IMG/VR virus record: IMGVR_UViG_3300037440_000199
Span: 1-49,248 of that record
From: a virus
Lineage: Duplodnaviria > Caudoviricetes
DNA: 49,248 bases
Reading direction: 5' to 3' (one strand)
Shown here: positions 16,143 to 25,106 of the stretch, piece after piece
Position numbering within the stretch: position 1 is the stretch's first letter
Layout of the letters: each line of letters opens with the position of its first letter
The notes under the pieces: generated by a model
The model's input: the letters and a program-made list of their open reading frames with translations, nothing else
Database searches by the model: none
What the model was told of the DNA's origin: nothing
Translations under genes and position numbers: made by a program

Positions 16143-17658
16143 CGGTTTTCTTCTCCGCCGGTTCGGTCAAGCGAACAGAAACCCCCCTATATAGGGGGGG
16201 GTTTTGTTCGTTCGCTTTGACAAGCGAACTGTTCGGTTCTGTTCGGTTCTGTTCGCTTTGGATAACATACTGGCCGCGCTTGTGTTTTTTGAGCACACCC
16301 TTCTGTTCGATCCTGTTCGCTAACATCCTGGTTGCATCTTTGGAAAACACAAGCGAACAAGAATTCCTGTTCGCTTTGGTGGTAATATGGTGATTTATTT
16401 CGGCTAGACTGATGATTATTTCGCCGGCCGGATTCGGCTCTTTTCCATCTGCCACCTCGTGGCATATTTCGGCGAATTGTTCCTCGGCCGGCGTGAGCTC
16501 CACATCGAATTCGGTTGCCGTCTGGTAACCGACCACGCACGCCGATACGGGGTCGCCGTCCGCATCCCGGCCGAGCACGATCGTCTCCAGCCGGAACCCG
16601 ACCGGCGTTTTCATCTTCTCCAGGTCGCGTTGTTTGGTGTCCCGGATCGCGTTTTCGTGAACCTCGATCTCGGTCTCGATCGCCCCCAGCAGCCCCGACC
16701 ACCCACGGGCGCCGCGGTCGATATCCTTGCCCGCGTGGTGCACCGTGCACACGTGCGCGCCTGTCGCCGCCATGATGGCCGATACGTGTTTGAGATAGAG
16801 CCCCACATCGCCCGGATCGGTGTCGCTGCCCCCCGCCAGTGCAGCCACCATCGTGTCGATAGCCACGAAGGCTATGCGCCCGCACTCAGCCTCGATTTCC
16901 TTCAGGATCCCTAAAAGCCGCTTCGCCGATTCGGCGCTTCGCAGGTTGAACGCCTGCGGCACGATAATGAGCGGCACGTCGTCCGGGGTGTCGTGCTTCC
17001 GCTTGAGTGCTTCTAGCCGCTTGAACAGCCCGCCGGCGCCTTCCATCGCGACGTACACCGCGACTCCCTGCGCCACCTTGCGGCCCATCCACGGCGTCCC
17101 GGTGGCGATTCGCCACGCCCAATCAAGCACGATGTAGGACTTGCCCGCGTTGGGCTTGCCGAACACCACCGACAGCGATGTGCTTTCGAGCAGCCCCTTT
17201 ATAAGCGGCCGGGTGTTGGTGAGCGCGCGGCGCCGGCCTTCCCCGAATGTGATCCACGAGCGCGCGGCCACCGCAGGCTCAAACTCATTCACCGGGTTGG
17301 CGACGCCGGGCGGCGTCTTCCGGTAGCGCGCCGCGTTGTCAACTTTTTGTGACAAGTCCTCCAAGTCCCACGGTGGCTCACATCGTGGGTTGTAGTGTTC
17401 CGCCATAAGGTCGAGGCACACGCCCGGCGACAGCCCGAAGTCGGTAGCGCGAACCGCCGCCAAGTAGGTGGTGGCGTCGCCGCCTGCGTTCTCGATCGCC
17501 GGCTCGGCGTCGTGCAGCAGGTAGTGGGTGGCGAACTGAATGGCCGATTCGGTGTCGAGCTCACCAATTGGAGCTACGCCGCCTTCCGGCCGCTCGACCG
17601 GCGCGGAGAGTTTCGGCAGCAGCCAATCGGGGACGGGGGCCAGGTCAGAGAACTTCAT
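16135..17658 (-). CDS. primase C-terminal domain + RecA-family (AAA_25/RepA-like) helicase
   Basis: YNPRCEPPW; Walker A GKPNAGKS, YVAMEG, VAIDT, VHHAGKD...ARGWS. Confidence 0.88.
   Translation of the reverse strand: MKFSDLAPVPDWLLPKLSAPVERPEGGVAPIGELDTESAIQFATHYLLHDAEPAIENAGGDATTYLAAVRATDFGLSPGVCLDLMAEHYNPRCEPPWDLEDLSQKVDNAARYRKTPPGVANPVNEFEPAVAARSWITFGEGRRRALTNTRPLIKGLLESTSLSVVFGKPNAGKSYIVLDWAWRIATGTPWMGRKVAQGVAVYVAMEGAGGLFKRLEALKRKHDTPDDVPLIIVPQAFNLRSAESAKRLLGILKEIEAECGRIAFVAIDTMVAALAGGSDTDPGDVGLYLKHVSAIMAATGAHVCTVHHAGKDIDRGARGWSGLLGAIETEIEVHENAIRDTKQRDLEKMKTPVGFRLETIVLGRDADGDPVSACVVGYQTATEFDVELTPAEEQFAEICHEVADGKEPNPAGEIIISLAEINHHITTKANRNSCSLVFSKDATRMLANRIEQKGVLKKHKRGQYVIQSEQNRTEPNSSLVKANEQNPPLYRGVSVRLTEPAEKKTDG
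16160..16378. repeat. putative replication origin: (CT)GTTCG iterons and a CCCCCC-TATATA-GGGGGG palindrome
   Basis: more than 10 GTTCG/CGAAC copies in both orientations in an AT-richer stretch at the 3' end of the helicase gene. Confidence 0.6.
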
Positions 17659-18127
17659 ACGTTTTCCCGTCTATTACGCTGCCTGGGCCGACCACGAGCC
17701 CGCCGTCACCGCGTATATCTACATTGTCCGCTATTTTCGACACGGAGTTCCTGACTGGCCGGTCGATCCTCAAATAAACGTGAAGCCCGCCGGTCGCCGT
17801 GCGGACCCGCATCGTGTCCGGCAGGCCGTAGATGTTCTCGTGCACCGCAAGCGATTCGGCGCCGCGCTTGCCCGGCTTGGTATCGTAGTCGATCACCACG
17901 AGCCCGCGGCCGGTGGCGATCCCGACATTGCAGTTTGGGCCTTTTGGGGCCAGTGGGTCGCTATTCCGCCCGTGCGGCTTGTTGCCCCACCACCTGGTGA
18001 TTTGTGCTGAATCAACCGTTGCGAGATTTTGCCAACCTTTAATGGCTGGGGTTTTGCCGTTTGGTATCAACGGGAAGATGCGGAAGCTTTTTTGCGCCAG
18101 CGCGAGCGCGTGATCCTTGAGCGGCAT
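17645..18127 (-). CDS. bifunctional primase/polymerase N-terminal (Prim-Pol) domain
   Basis: IFPLIPNGKTP, NVGIATG..LVVIDYD, TATGGLHVY, DIRGDGGLVVGPGS. Confidence 0.88.
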   Translation of the reverse strand: MPLKDHALALAQKSFRIFPLIPNGKTPAIKGWQNLATVDSAQITRWWGNKPHGRNSDPLAPKGPNCNVGIATGRGLVVIDYDTKPGKRGAESLAVHENIYGLPDTMRVRTATGGLHVYLRIDRPVRNSVSKIADNVDIRGDGGLVVGPGSVIDGKTYEVL

Positions 18128-18273
18128 ATTGCCCCGGGGGTTTTGTGTAGGATTTTGTCGGACTCCAGTTGACAACATACGGGCGGCGGGCTACCGAAGT
18201 CAAACAGCCCGCCAGTTCGAGCGAGCGCGCAACGAGAACCAAGAAGCAACAGTGGGGCGCAAGGGGACAACCG

Positions 18274-18723
18274 ATGAAACTCGCTTTGGACCTGGGAACT
18301 AAAACCGGCTACGCCTTCACCGCGTCGACACCCGCCAACATCGTCTCAGGTGTCTGGGACATGAAGCCAGGCCGCTTCGACGGCGGCGGGATGCGCATCC
18401 TAAAATTCCGCGAGAACCTGGTGAAGATCCACGCTGCTCACCCGATTGACGTTGTGTGGTACGAGGAAGTGCGCCGGCACTTGGGCACGGACGCCGCTCA
18501 TTTATACGGCGCCTTGTGGGGCCAGCTTCTCGCTTTCTGCGAGGAGCAGACCCCCAAGATCCCTTACGAAGGCGTGCCGGTTGGCCAGATCAAGAAGCAC
18601 TGGACCGGCAAAGGCAATGCGCCGAAGGAGCTCATGGTCGAGATGGCCCGTCACTGGGGTTATGAGCCGGTCGACGATAACGAAGCGGACGCGATCGCGA
18701 TTCTGCATATGAAGCTGAGTTGA
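18274..18723 (+). CDS. RuvC-like Holliday junction resolvase
   Basis: LALDLGTKTGYA, WYEEV, IKKHWTGKGNAPK, DDNEADAIA. Confidence 0.85.
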   Translation: MKLALDLGTKTGYAFTASTPANIVSGVWDMKPGRFDGGGMRILKFRENLVKIHAAHPIDVVWYEEVRRHLGTDAAHLYGALWGQLLAFCEEQTPKIPYEGVPVGQIKKHWTGKGNAPKELMVEMARHWGYEPVDDNEADAIAILHMKLS

Positions 18724-18732
18724 GAGGGTCAT

Positions 18733-18915
18733 ATGGTTTTGTCCGGTCGCGAACGTGCGCTCATCAGGGCGGCGCTAAAACACGCAGAAGCCGAAATGCG
18801 AAAAGGTGCGGACGCATCTGTTCGTTTGATGTGCGAGACCATCTTGCCGCCGGCGGAAGCGCGAGATATGGCCGACCAAATGGCGGTTCTGTATGACAAA
18901 ATGACCGGCGGATAG
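18733..18915 (+). CDS. hypothetical protein
   Basis: 60 aa, GAGGG RBS. Confidence 0.55.
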   Translation: MVLSGRERALIRAALKHAEAEMRKGADASVRLMCETILPPAEARDMADQMAVLYDKMTGG

Positions 18916-19044
18916 TTTTATGGGGCGGTCCCCGACGTGCTAGCTCTCGGGGGGCTAGTTGAACGTGTGAGATAAGGAGATGCGCGCACACCGCCCCGCC
19001 AGTTTGAAGGCCGTGTAGGAAACTGAGACGATAGGAGAACGACG

Positions 19045-19215
19045 ATGAAAGGTCAGAACGAGTTGCGCCTGTGTGGAGCGGAAATGGCTGCGGCGATGCA
19101 GGATTACGTCAACGCGCTTATGAAGCACCCGCCGACGGTGACGAACGTGAAATGACTCAACTCTGAAAACGAGTTCGTTGTCACGCTGAAGGAACCTGAC
19201 CCGTTGGCCGGTTGA
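19045..19215 (+). pseudogene. small ORF interrupted by an in-frame TGA (19153-19155)
   Basis: AGGAG RBS; the frame continues 19 codons after the TGA to a stop overlapping the next ATG. Confidence 0.45.
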
Positions 19216-19478
19216 TGCGCCGCAAAGCCGCACCAGAGCCGCGTCCGCTCTCGCCCGACGACGTACGCGACACAGAGATTCGCCGAGCCTGCGCCAAGGC
19301 GCTGGCCGGATACATGAAGGGAATGAACTTGTCGCGGCCGTTTCGATCGCTCACCCGCCCCGAGGCCGAAGGCATGGCGCAAGCCGTGATCTCCGAATGG
19401 GTGGTGCAGGCGTCGCGGCGGGTGGCGGCTGAGCCGGAGGCGAATGTGGAACTGAAACACTGGTTGATGGGTGGGTGA
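19215..19478 (+). CDS. hypothetical protein
   Basis: 87 aa helical protein; TGATG coupling. Confidence 0.62.
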   Translation: MRRKAAPEPRPLSPDDVRDTEIRRACAKALAGYMKGMNLSRPFRSLTRPEAEGMAQAVISEWVVQASRRVAAEPEANVELKHWLMGG

Positions 19479-19666
19479 TAATGGGGCGACAGCCGTTGCA
19501 GGGGGCTCGGTACGTTTTATCGCTGTATCGTCCCAGTCCAGGGCGGCCGTGCGTGGCGTCCGCTTCGCTGTCTGACGAGGATTTTTGGGAAGCATTGAAC
19601 ATAGCTTATCGGCTCTGCGGTATGGATGGGGAAAAGCGTGGCGCCGGTCGGAGGCGCGATGACTGA
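19475..19666 (+). CDS. hypothetical protein
   Basis: 63 aa, overlaps both neighbours. Confidence 0.45.
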   Translation: MIMGRQPLQGARYVLSLYRPSPGRPCVASASLSDEDFWEALNIAYRLCGMDGEKRGAGRRRDD

Positions 19667-19985
19667 TCGCACTTGCCCCCTTTGCGCCGGCAACGGCCAC
19701 GTCGACTTGTCCTACTGGCTGCCCCGCCAGCAGCGTCTCATCTTTGAGGCGGTGTTGAAACGACCACGGACATGCCGAGATCTCCAGGACGTGCTGTACG
19801 CCGATGACCCGAGCGGTGGCCCGGAGAACGCGGAGCGCGTCGTATGGGCCCAAGTGAATAACTTGAACAGTCGCTTGGCGCCCCACGGGTTGCGCGTGCG
19901 AGCGACGTTCGGCAGGAGCGCCCGCTATCGCATAGAGCGTCTTCACGATGCGGTGAAGCCTGTTGCGCCGCGTGTCGAAAACTGA
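19659..19985 (+). CDS. CxxC + OmpR/PhoB-like winged-helix DNA-binding protein
   Basis: CPLC; LQDVLYADDPSGGP...VVWAQVNNLNSRL...FGRSARYRI; GGAGG RBS. Confidence 0.7.
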   Translation: MTDRTCPLCAGNGHVDLSYWLPRQQRLIFEAVLKRPRTCRDLQDVLYADDPSGGPENAERVVWAQVNNLNSRLAPHGLRVRATFGRSARYRIERLHDAVKPVAPRVEN

Positions 19986-20018
19986 GACAAGCGTCAACCT
20001 ACAAAGAGGAGTCCACTT

Positions 20019-20201
20019 GTGTCCTTTGACCGAAAACCACTGCCTTTGTCTTTCGGCGTCTGCGTCGAGCAGGGAATGGTGATTTACCACAACGGCCTGT
20101 CGGAGTCCCGTTTCACCCCCGACAGCGCGACGTGGCTCGGGGAACAACTCATCTCGTACGCAGCTGCCGCTGCGGCGCAATCCATTCCATGGAGAAAGTA
20201 G
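20019..20201 (+). CDS. hypothetical protein
   Basis: 60 aa, GAGGAG RBS. Confidence 0.55.
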   Translation: MSFDRKPLPLSFGVCVEQGMVIYHNGLSESRFTPDSATWLGEQLISYAAAAAAQSIPWRK

Positions 20202-20205
20202 AGAA

Positions 20206-20631
20206 ATGATCCGAATTGAAATCGACGGCAGTAACTTCGACGAGTTCATGCACAACCTCGACAGCTTCATGGTGATGGTGCTGGGGACAACGCGGCAACA
20301 GCCGACACCCGCTGCGCCGGCGACAGACACAGTGCTGGACCCGAAAGCGGCCGAGATCATTCCGCCCGAGCCCGAGAAGAAGACGCGCGGCCGGCCGAAG
20401 AAGGAAGCGCCGACGATTGATGCGACCGCCGAGACCGCCGAGACGTACGCGCTCGGTGACGTTCGGGCAGCCTTGATGGAACTCATCAAGCACGCCGACG
20501 AGGCCGCCGCGCTCGATCTGCTGAAGGACAAAGGCGGCACCGCGAAGCTGAAGGACGTGCCGGCGGAGAAGTACGCCGCGGTCATCAAGGCGGCGCATAT
20601 CGAGATCGACCGCGTGAAGGCGACTGCGTAA
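20206..20631 (+). CDS. hypothetical protein typical upstream of DUF2800 in APSE-like modules
   Basis: C-terminal LGDVRAAL...GTAKLKDVPAEKYAAV; RGRPKK AT-hook-like segment. Confidence 0.65.
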   Translation: MIRIEIDGSNFDEFMHNLDSFMVMVLGTTRQQPTPAAPATDTVLDPKAAEIIPPEPEKKTRGRPKKEAPTIDATAETAETYALGDVRAALMELIKHADEAAALDLLKDKGGTAKLKDVPAEKYAAVIKAAHIEIDRVKATA

Positions 20632-20934
20632 GTGCAGCTCGTCAGCACCTTCCTGTCGCGCCTGCGCGCTACCGCCCGCAAGATCGTCGGCGAGCCTACG
20701 CAACTCGACTACGCCTTGAAGGCGATGGACCTGAAAGCCTCCGCGCCGTTGCGGCCGCGGCGGCCACCGAGCCGGATGCGCCGGTGGGGTCCGTTGATTC
20801 AGGTCGATGTGTTGCAGCACCGGCTGCCGTCGCGCAAAGGGCACACCCGGGAGGTTCCGTTGCTTTACCAGCGGTGGTTCGACGGGTCGAAGAAGTATCC
20901 GGTCAAGAGGAGTGCAGCGTGGTGGCCGACATGA
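20632..20934 (+). CDS. basic hypothetical protein
   Basis: 100 aa; ATGA overlap with the next gene. Confidence 0.45.
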   Translation: MQLVSTFLSRLRATARKIVGEPTQLDYALKAMDLKASAPLRPRRPPSRMRRWGPLIQVDVLQHRLPSRKGHTREVPLLYQRWFDGSKKYPVKRSAAWWPT

Positions 20935-21215
20935 AGATGCGCCAAACCGACTACTACACCACCCCGGAACTGCAGGAAGTGCAGCGGGCAATCGGCGCCG
21001 CTTTCATAAGTCATGTTGGCTTGGCCACTAACGTAACCGACGGCGAACACATGGCGGCGCAGCTTGTGGTTAATATGTGGGTTCAACTTCTCGTAAAGAC
21101 GGTGTTGTCCGTACATCGCGGAGACGCGAGCACGGCAGTCCCGCATCTGCAAATGTTGTTGGCAAATCATATTGATTTTGAGATGAGCCAAAACACGCCG
21201 GAGACGGTTCAATGA
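20931..21215 (+). CDS. hypothetical protein
   Basis: 94 aa from MKMRQTD; ATGA overlaps on both sides. Confidence 0.55.
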   Translation: MKMRQTDYYTTPELQEVQRAIGAAFISHVGLATNVTDGEHMAAQLVVNMWVQLLVKTVLSVHRGDASTAVPHLQMLLANHIDFEMSQNTPETVQ

Positions 21216-22372
21216 CTCACTCCACCCGCGCCCACGCCAAGCTCTCACCCTCGGCCGCTCACAGGTGGTTCGCGTGCCCCGGCTCGATCCGGCTCTCGGC
21301 CGGCATTGAGGACAAGCCCAGCGTCTACGCCGACGAAGGAACCGCGGCGCACACGATCGCCGAGCGGTGTCTACGCATGGATATGGATGCGAGCCACTGC
21401 ATCGGCGAGATCATCACCGTCCGCCCCGGCGTCGAGTTCACCGCCGACGACGAAATGGCCGAAGCCGTCCAGGTGTTTCTCGATCGGGTGCGCCACTATG
21501 AATCGCTCGGCTACGAGATCAGCGTCGAACAGCGGCTCGATCTCGGTCACCTCTCGCCCGGCCAGTTCGGCACCGGTGACGCGATCGCCTACGTGGATGG
21601 CGACCTGCACGTGCTCGATTTCAAGTACGGGCGTGGCGTCGCGGTCGACCCGAAAGACAATCCTCAGCTCCTAAGCTACGCGTCCGGTGCGGCGAAGCGA
21701 TACCACAATCGCAAGGTCGAGTTCGTAACGTGCCATGTGGTGCAACCACGGGCGCCGCACAAGGACGGCCCGGTGCGCGCGTGGACGACGACGCCCGAGG
21801 TGCTGGCCGCGTTCGAGGCTGAGTTCCGTGAGGCCGCCAAGCGCACCGCGGACCCGAATGCACCGCTCGTCGCCGGGGATCACTGTCGATTCTGCCCCGC
21901 GGCCGCTGTCTGCCCGGCGCTGCGCGACAAGTCGATGGAGACCGCGCGCCAAGAGTTCGACGACCCAGCCGAGGTCGCGAAGCTGTCGCCCGCCGAAGTC
22001 GGCGACTTGCTCCACGGGCTCGACCTGGTGGAAGCGCGCTGCCGCCGCATCCGCGAGTTCGCCCACCAGGAGGCCAATGACGGCCGCACGCCTGAGGGCT
22101 GGAAGCTCGTCTACAAGCGCGCGAATCGCCGATGGGCCGACGAGGCCAAAGCCGCGCAAGCGTTGAAGCTCGGCTTCGATCTCGGCGATGAGGATATATT
22201 CGAGCGCAAACTGGTGTCGCCCGCCAAGGCCGATTCGCTGGTCGGCAAAAAAGCCGCAGCGGCTTTGAAGCCCCTGATCGATAAGACGCCGAGCGGCACC
22301 GTGCTGGCGCCGGTCGACGATCCGCGGCCGGCCGCGAAGGCCGACGCGGGTGTGGAGTTTGGCGGTGGCTGA
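21212..22372 (+). CDS. DUF2800 Cas4-like PD-(D/E)XK exonuclease
   Basis: HAKLSPSAAHRWFACPGS, FGTGD, LDFKYGRG, NPQL..YA, GDHCRFCP...C. Confidence 0.88.
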   Translation: MTHSTRAHAKLSPSAAHRWFACPGSIRLSAGIEDKPSVYADEGTAAHTIAERCLRMDMDASHCIGEIITVRPGVEFTADDEMAEAVQVFLDRVRHYESLGYEISVEQRLDLGHLSPGQFGTGDAIAYVDGDLHVLDFKYGRGVAVDPKDNPQLLSYASGAAKRYHNRKVEFVTCHVVQPRAPHKDGPVRAWTTTPEVLAAFEAEFREAAKRTADPNAPLVAGDHCRFCPAAAVCPALRDKSMETARQEFDDPAEVAKLSPAEVGDLLHGLDLVEARCRRIREFAHQEANDGRTPEGWKLVYKRANRRWADEAKAAQALKLGFDLGDEDIFERKLVSPAKADSLVGKKAAAALKPLIDKTPSGTVLAPVDDPRPAAKADAGVEFGGG

Positions 22373-22901
22373 GCATGAACCGTCGATCGGCCAGTCGGAC
22401 GAATGGTACACGCCACCCGAGATCTTCGCGGCGTTGAAACTGGTGTTCGATCTTGATCCGTGCTCGCCGGGGGAGTGGTGTTACCCGTGCCGGGTTCCTG
22501 CGACTCGGTTCTACACGAAAGCCGAAGATGGGCTGCGCCAGCCGTGGTCGGGGCTTGTGTTTATGAACCCTCCGTTCGGCGGTCGTAACGGCCACGTGCC
22601 GTGGCTGCGGCTATTTCTCGACCACGGCAACGGCGTGGCGATCGTGCGGGCGTATACGTCGTCTGATTGGTGGCATAAGTTCATGCCGCGCGCTCACGGG
22701 ATTTTGTTCCCGCACGGCAAGACGAAGTTCATCCGGCCGGATGGCTCTGTCGGCAAGTCGCCGGGTCACGGGGTCGCCCTGGTGGGGATGGGCCAAGTCG
22801 CCTGCGACGCTCTGCGCGATTCCAATCTCGGCATGTACTGGCAACTGAATTCGGCAAACCCTACAAGCCGTGACAATTCTGTCGAATCTGTAGGAAACTG
22901 A
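22365..22901 (+). CDS. phage N6-adenine DNA methyltransferase
   Basis: SDEWYTPP, FDLDPC, W.GLVFMNPPF. Confidence 0.85.
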   Translation: MAEHEPSIGQSDEWYTPPEIFAALKLVFDLDPCSPGEWCYPCRVPATRFYTKAEDGLRQPWSGLVFMNPPFGGRNGHVPWLRLFLDHGNGVAIVRAYTSSDWWHKFMPRAHGILFPHGKTKFIRPDGSVGKSPGHGVALVGMGQVACDALRDSNLGMYWQLNSANPTSRDNSVESVGN

Positions 22902-22915
22902 GGAAACTGTAGACA

Positions 22916-23506
22916 ATGGTTGACTTCAATACCTGCGTTGAAACGAAAGCCGGCACGCTCTTGCTGCCGAAAGGCCGGCTCTCCTACCCGAACCTGTTCG
23001 TGGCCAGAGCTATGAAGGGCGAGCCTGCCGAAAAGGCGATGTACGGCACCACGATCCTGTTGCCCGGCAGCGTCGACCTGAAGCTCGCAATCGCGATGGT
23101 CGACAGGGCTGTCACCGAAAAGTGGGGCGCTGGCGCGAAGGTGAGGAAGAAGCCGTTCCTGAAATCGGCCGAGAAGATGGAAGACGAGGAACTGGCAAAG
23201 GCGTTCCCGATCATGATCCGGTCGTCCAGCAAGCAGCGGCCGGGTGTCATCTTCGCCAACTGTGACCCCTGCACCGATGAGGAGGAGGTCTACCCTGGCC
23301 GGTGGGCGCGTCTCAGTGTGCGTGCGTACTGCTGGGACCACCCCGCGAACGGCCGTGGCGTTTCGTTCGGCCTCTCGAACGTGCAGTTGCTCGACCACGA
23401 CGAGCGGATCGGCGGCGGCCGCGCCAAGGCCGAAGACGAGTTCTCGCCGGTCGAGGTTGCGGGCGGCGATGCCGGTGCATCGGCCGATTCGATCTTCGGT
23501 GATTGA
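22916..23506 (+). CDS. DUF2815 ssDNA-binding protein
   Basis: RLSYPNLF, VYPGRWAR, GVSFGLSNVQ..D.ERIGG...AEDEF, acidic tail ending IFGD. Confidence 0.88.
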   Translation: MVDFNTCVETKAGTLLLPKGRLSYPNLFVARAMKGEPAEKAMYGTTILLPGSVDLKLAIAMVDRAVTEKWGAGAKVRKKPFLKSAEKMEDEELAKAFPIMIRSSSKQRPGVIFANCDPCTDEEEVYPGRWARLSVRAYCWDHPANGRGVSFGLSNVQLLDHDERIGGGRAKAEDEFSPVEVAGGDAGASADSIFGD

Positions 23507-23706
23507 TGGATCCCGTACCCGACTACGTCGGAAGCGCGGGTGAGTCCTACGGGCTCGCCCAGCGAATCATCGTGTACTGGCGAGCCCGAGGCTACGCGGG
23601 CTGCAAGCCCAAGGTGCTGAACCTAGGCTCGCCGGAATTTCCCATTTGGTCTGTGCGGTCGAATATCGGGCCGGACGGCTACCCACCGAAGGAGAAAGTA
23701 GGATGA
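23503..23706 (+). CDS. hypothetical protein
   Basis: 67 aa, coupled overlaps. Confidence 0.55.
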   Translation: MMDPVPDYVGSAGESYGLAQRIIVYWRARGYAGCKPKVLNLGSPEFPIWSVRSNIGPDGYPPKEKVG

Positions 23707-24011
23707 ACACGTTTAGAGAGGTCGGAGGGCTTATCGGCGGCGCGGGTAAATTCCCGCCGCAGCAAGCCACCGCCAAGAAGCCGTCCCCGTTCGGGGAGAT
23801 CACCCGCGTAGTCGGGTGCGTCAATCAAGTACGTGATCGTCTCGCGCAGTTGGAGAATCGTCTGGTCGGCTCCAACCCGATCCCGAGCGAGCCGGTTGGG
23901 GCGAATCCGGACCCGGAGTTCGATCGGCTTGCTATGTCGGCCGAGCACATCGCCGGCGCCGTGGCAGACATGAACCGGATGCTCAACAACATCGAGGAGC
24001 GTCTGCCGTGA
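23703..24011 (+). CDS. hypothetical coiled-coil protein
   Basis: 102 aa from MNTFREV; overlaps on both sides. Confidence 0.55.
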   Translation: MNTFREVGGLIGGAGKFPPQQATAKKPSPFGEITRVVGCVNQVRDRLAQLENRLVGSNPIPSEPVGANPDPEFDRLAMSAEHIAGAVADMNRMLNNIEERLP

Positions 24012-24265
24012 CTGAATCCGTAGGCCACAACGCCAAAGAGATCATCAAGTCGTTCGTCGAGCGCGTCGAACGACTCGCCGAGGAGAAGGACGGGCTCGCG
24101 TCCGACATCAAGGATGTCTACGCCGAGGCTAAGGGCGGCGGTTTCGACACCAAGGCGCTTCGCCGCGTCGTGGCGCTGCGCAAGCAGGACCGCGAGAAGC
24201 TGAAGGAGCACCAGGCGATCCTGGAGATCTACCTGGATGCGCTCGGAATGGATTGGCTTTTGTGA
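24008..24265 (+). CDS. gapR: GapR-like (DUF2312) DNA-binding protein
   Basis: [15 protein letters not shown]....[27 protein letters not shown]...[10 protein letters not shown]. Confidence 0.9.
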   Translation: MTESVGHNAKEIIKSFVERVERLAEEKDGLASDIKDVYAEAKGGGFDTKALRRVVALRKQDREKLKEHQAILEIYLDALGMDWLL

Positions 24266-24411
24266 TTTGCCCCGCGGGGGTACTCCAGTCGGGCAGCGCA
24301 AGGCTCGGCGTTCAGAAAGGTGACCTGCGGCCCGCCGGGGCGCACCCATGCCTATGTCCGTACAAGGTCATCGACTTGCGCGTTAATTTTGCGGGAAAGC
24401 GAGACAATCTG

Positions 24412-24750
24412 ATGAGTTCTGCATTTACCGCGTTCCATACGCTTCGGCGGGCCAACCTCACCCGGCAGGCCGAGTGGGATCCGAACGACAGCATTTCGCT
24501 CTCGTACCGCGGCAACGAGCTCGCGGGTGAAGTCGGCGAGGCGTGCAACGTTATCAAGAAGCTGGAGCGGGCGCGGCTCGGCATACGGGGCTCCCGCGCC
24601 ACGGCGGGGCAACTGGCCGAAGAATTGGCTGACGCGGTGATCTGCGTCGATCTGATCGCCGCCGCGGAGGGCATCGACTTGGGTGACGCGGTTTGCCGGA
24701 AGTTCAACGCCACGTCCGAGAAGTACGGGCTGAAAACGAGGATCGAATGA
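24412..24750 (+). CDS. MazG-like nucleotide pyrophosphohydrolase
   Basis: ELAGEVGEACNVIKK...LAEELADAVI...KFN. Confidence 0.85.
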   Translation: MSSAFTAFHTLRRANLTRQAEWDPNDSISLSYRGNELAGEVGEACNVIKKLERARLGIRGSRATAGQLAEELADAVICVDLIAAAEGIDLGDAVCRKFNATSEKYGLKTRIE

Positions 24751-25106
24751 AGATCTATCTCGCCGGCCCTATGCGGGGGATTCCCGAGCTGAACCACCCC
24801 GCGTTCGACAAGGCGGCTGAGAGGCTACGCGCGCAGGGCCACGAGGTGTTTAACCCGGCAGAGGATTCGCGAGCGCGGTTCGGCGACGCTATTGCGGCAG
24901 GCGAGGCCGGCGACGAAGGCGCGGTGGCCGAACGAATGGGGCTTACGCCGATGGAACTGAGCCGCCGCGTGTTCGCGCATGATCTCGCGTACATCTGCTG
25001 CGAGGCCGAGGGAATCGCGCTGCTGCCGCGGTGGCAGAACAGCAAAGGCGCGACGGCGGAACAAGCCGTTGCCTTGGCGCTCGGGCTGTGGGTGGTGGAG
25101 TTATGA
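24747..25106 (+). CDS. DUF4406 (nucleoside deoxyribosyltransferase-like) protein
   Basis: KIYLAGPMRG..ELNHPAF...GHEVFNPA...LLPRWQNSKGATAE. Confidence 0.85.
   Translation: MKIYLAGPMRGIPELNHPAFDKAAERLRAQGHEVFNPAEDSRARFGDAIAAGEAGDEGAVAERMGLTPMELSRRVFAHDLAYICCEAEGIALLPRWQNSKGATAEQAVALALGLWVVEL

Noticed and set aside
24395-24420. Second hammerhead (GAAA...CTGATGAG)
   Set aside because: Only 10 nt separate the elements and no stems form; the ATG is the MazG start
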